From a virus, in the IMG/VR virus record IMGVR_UViG_637000095_000001: a stretch of 64,000 nt of DNA; one strand, 5' to 3'. This document shows positions 63,513-64,000 of the stretch, piece by piece; the stretch's first letter is position 1, and the number at the start of each line of letters is the position of its first letter. Under the pieces are notes generated by a model, which worked only from the letters and a program-made list of their open reading frames with translations, was not told the DNA's origin and searched no databases. Both the position numbers and the translations under genes were made by a program.

Positions 63513-64000
63513 ATGAAAATTCTGATCCGCTCCACCCGGCTTTCCGGCGAACCGATCCCCGGCAGCGGGGAAACCCTGCAGGCCGCCGACTGCCTCGAAG
63601 TTGTCGAGTTGATGCGCGGCCAGACGCCGTTTACCGCCAGCCGAGCGCCCCGGGACTACATGACCGAGGTGCTCTCCGGCATCGAAGGCGGTCCGACCCA
63701 GCCGTTGCCGGAGGACGCCGCCGCTGCGGCCGCCGAGTTTCTCACCCGCCTGGCGCGGCACGGCCTGATCGAGTTCCTGCCCGACGACAAGGCCAGCGAT
63801 CCCTGGCCGGAACGATTCCTCGAAGCCCTGGAAACGGTGCGGCTCTCCGGGCGCACCAACATGCTCGACCACCTGGAGGTGACCCGGCTGACCGCCGAGA
63901 TGGGCTACCCAGAGGTGGCCGAGTGGCTGACGGGCCACCGGCGCGAGTACGCGGCCTTCGTCCTCGATGGGACAAGACCGCTCGGCAAGAACTTCGGCGG
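63513..64000 (+). CDS. DUF5049-like domain protein, truncated by window edge
   Basis: AAGGAGG RBS; manual translation is open to the end: ...LETVRLSGRTNMLD...MGYPEVAEWL..HRREYAAFVLDG. Confidence 0.7.
   Translation, partial: MKILIRSTRLSGEPIPGSGETLQAADCLEVVELMRGQTPFTASRAPRDYMTEVLSGIEGGPTQPLPEDAAAAAAEFLTRLARHGLIEFLPDDKASDPWPERFLEALETVRLSGRTNMLDHLEVTRLTAEMGYPEVAEWLTGHRREYAAFVLDGTRPLGKNFG

Larger units (their letters stand above)
1..64000. mobile_element. Temperate contractile-tailed prophage (interior; ends not in window)
   Basis: Repressor, serine integrase, replication cassette, terminase, portal, MuF, protease, capsid, sheath, tube, tape measure and baseplate genes in canonical order; no host housekeeping gene recognised. 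Confidence 0.95.

Noticed and set aside
1-64000. tRNA, rRNA, IS elements, attL/attR
   Set aside because: None recognisable by eye; both window edges fall inside ORFs, so the element ends lie outside. tRNAscan/Infernal were not run

Overview
The whole window reads as the interior of one large temperate, contractile-tailed (myovirus-type) prophage. Neither attachment site is in view, and both edge ORFs are truncated. Gene order: a leftward LexA-like repressor operon with three unknown genes (1-3.4 kb); DUF2924 / large serine recombinase / HTH module (3.7-6.5 kb); an element-encoded sigma-70-family factor (7.4-7.9 kb); a recombination-replication cassette (Fe-S PD-(D/E)XK exonuclease, AAA ATPase, DUF669, ERCC4 nuclease, RecD2 helicase, primase-ATPase; 8-16.6 kb); an inverted Fic gene and a repeat-rich putative origin (16.6-18.7 kb); putative terS, a repeat array and an inverted tyrosine-recombinase cassette (19.9-22.5 kb); terL, portal, a 1529-aa MuF protein, a methyltransferase-protease-scaffold fusion, capsid, neck, sheath, tube, chaperone, tape measure, baseplate (gpD, gpV/VgrG, PAAR, gp25, J, I) and fibres (22.6-62.3 kb); and an amidoligase cassette (62.5-64 kb). 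The strongest unannotated signals are: (i) ten co-oriented copies of a bipartite motif CCG(A/T)C(A/G)(C/G)-N13-CCGGTA(A/T)GTAA with an invariant spacer, heading nearly every operon, probably the promoter of the encoded sigma, plus a GACCT-N10-AGGTC palindrome at both the lexA promoter and the sigma operon, which together suggest a LexA to sigma to whole-phage cascade; (ii) a MuF head protein carrying DNA-binding-like repeats, a HipA/PI3K-like kinase and a probable ADP-ribosyltransferase domain; (iii) a DNA adenine methyltransferase fused in frame to the prohead protease/scaffold and bracketed by candidate cleavage motifs. All family assignments come from motif recognition by eye; no searches were run.
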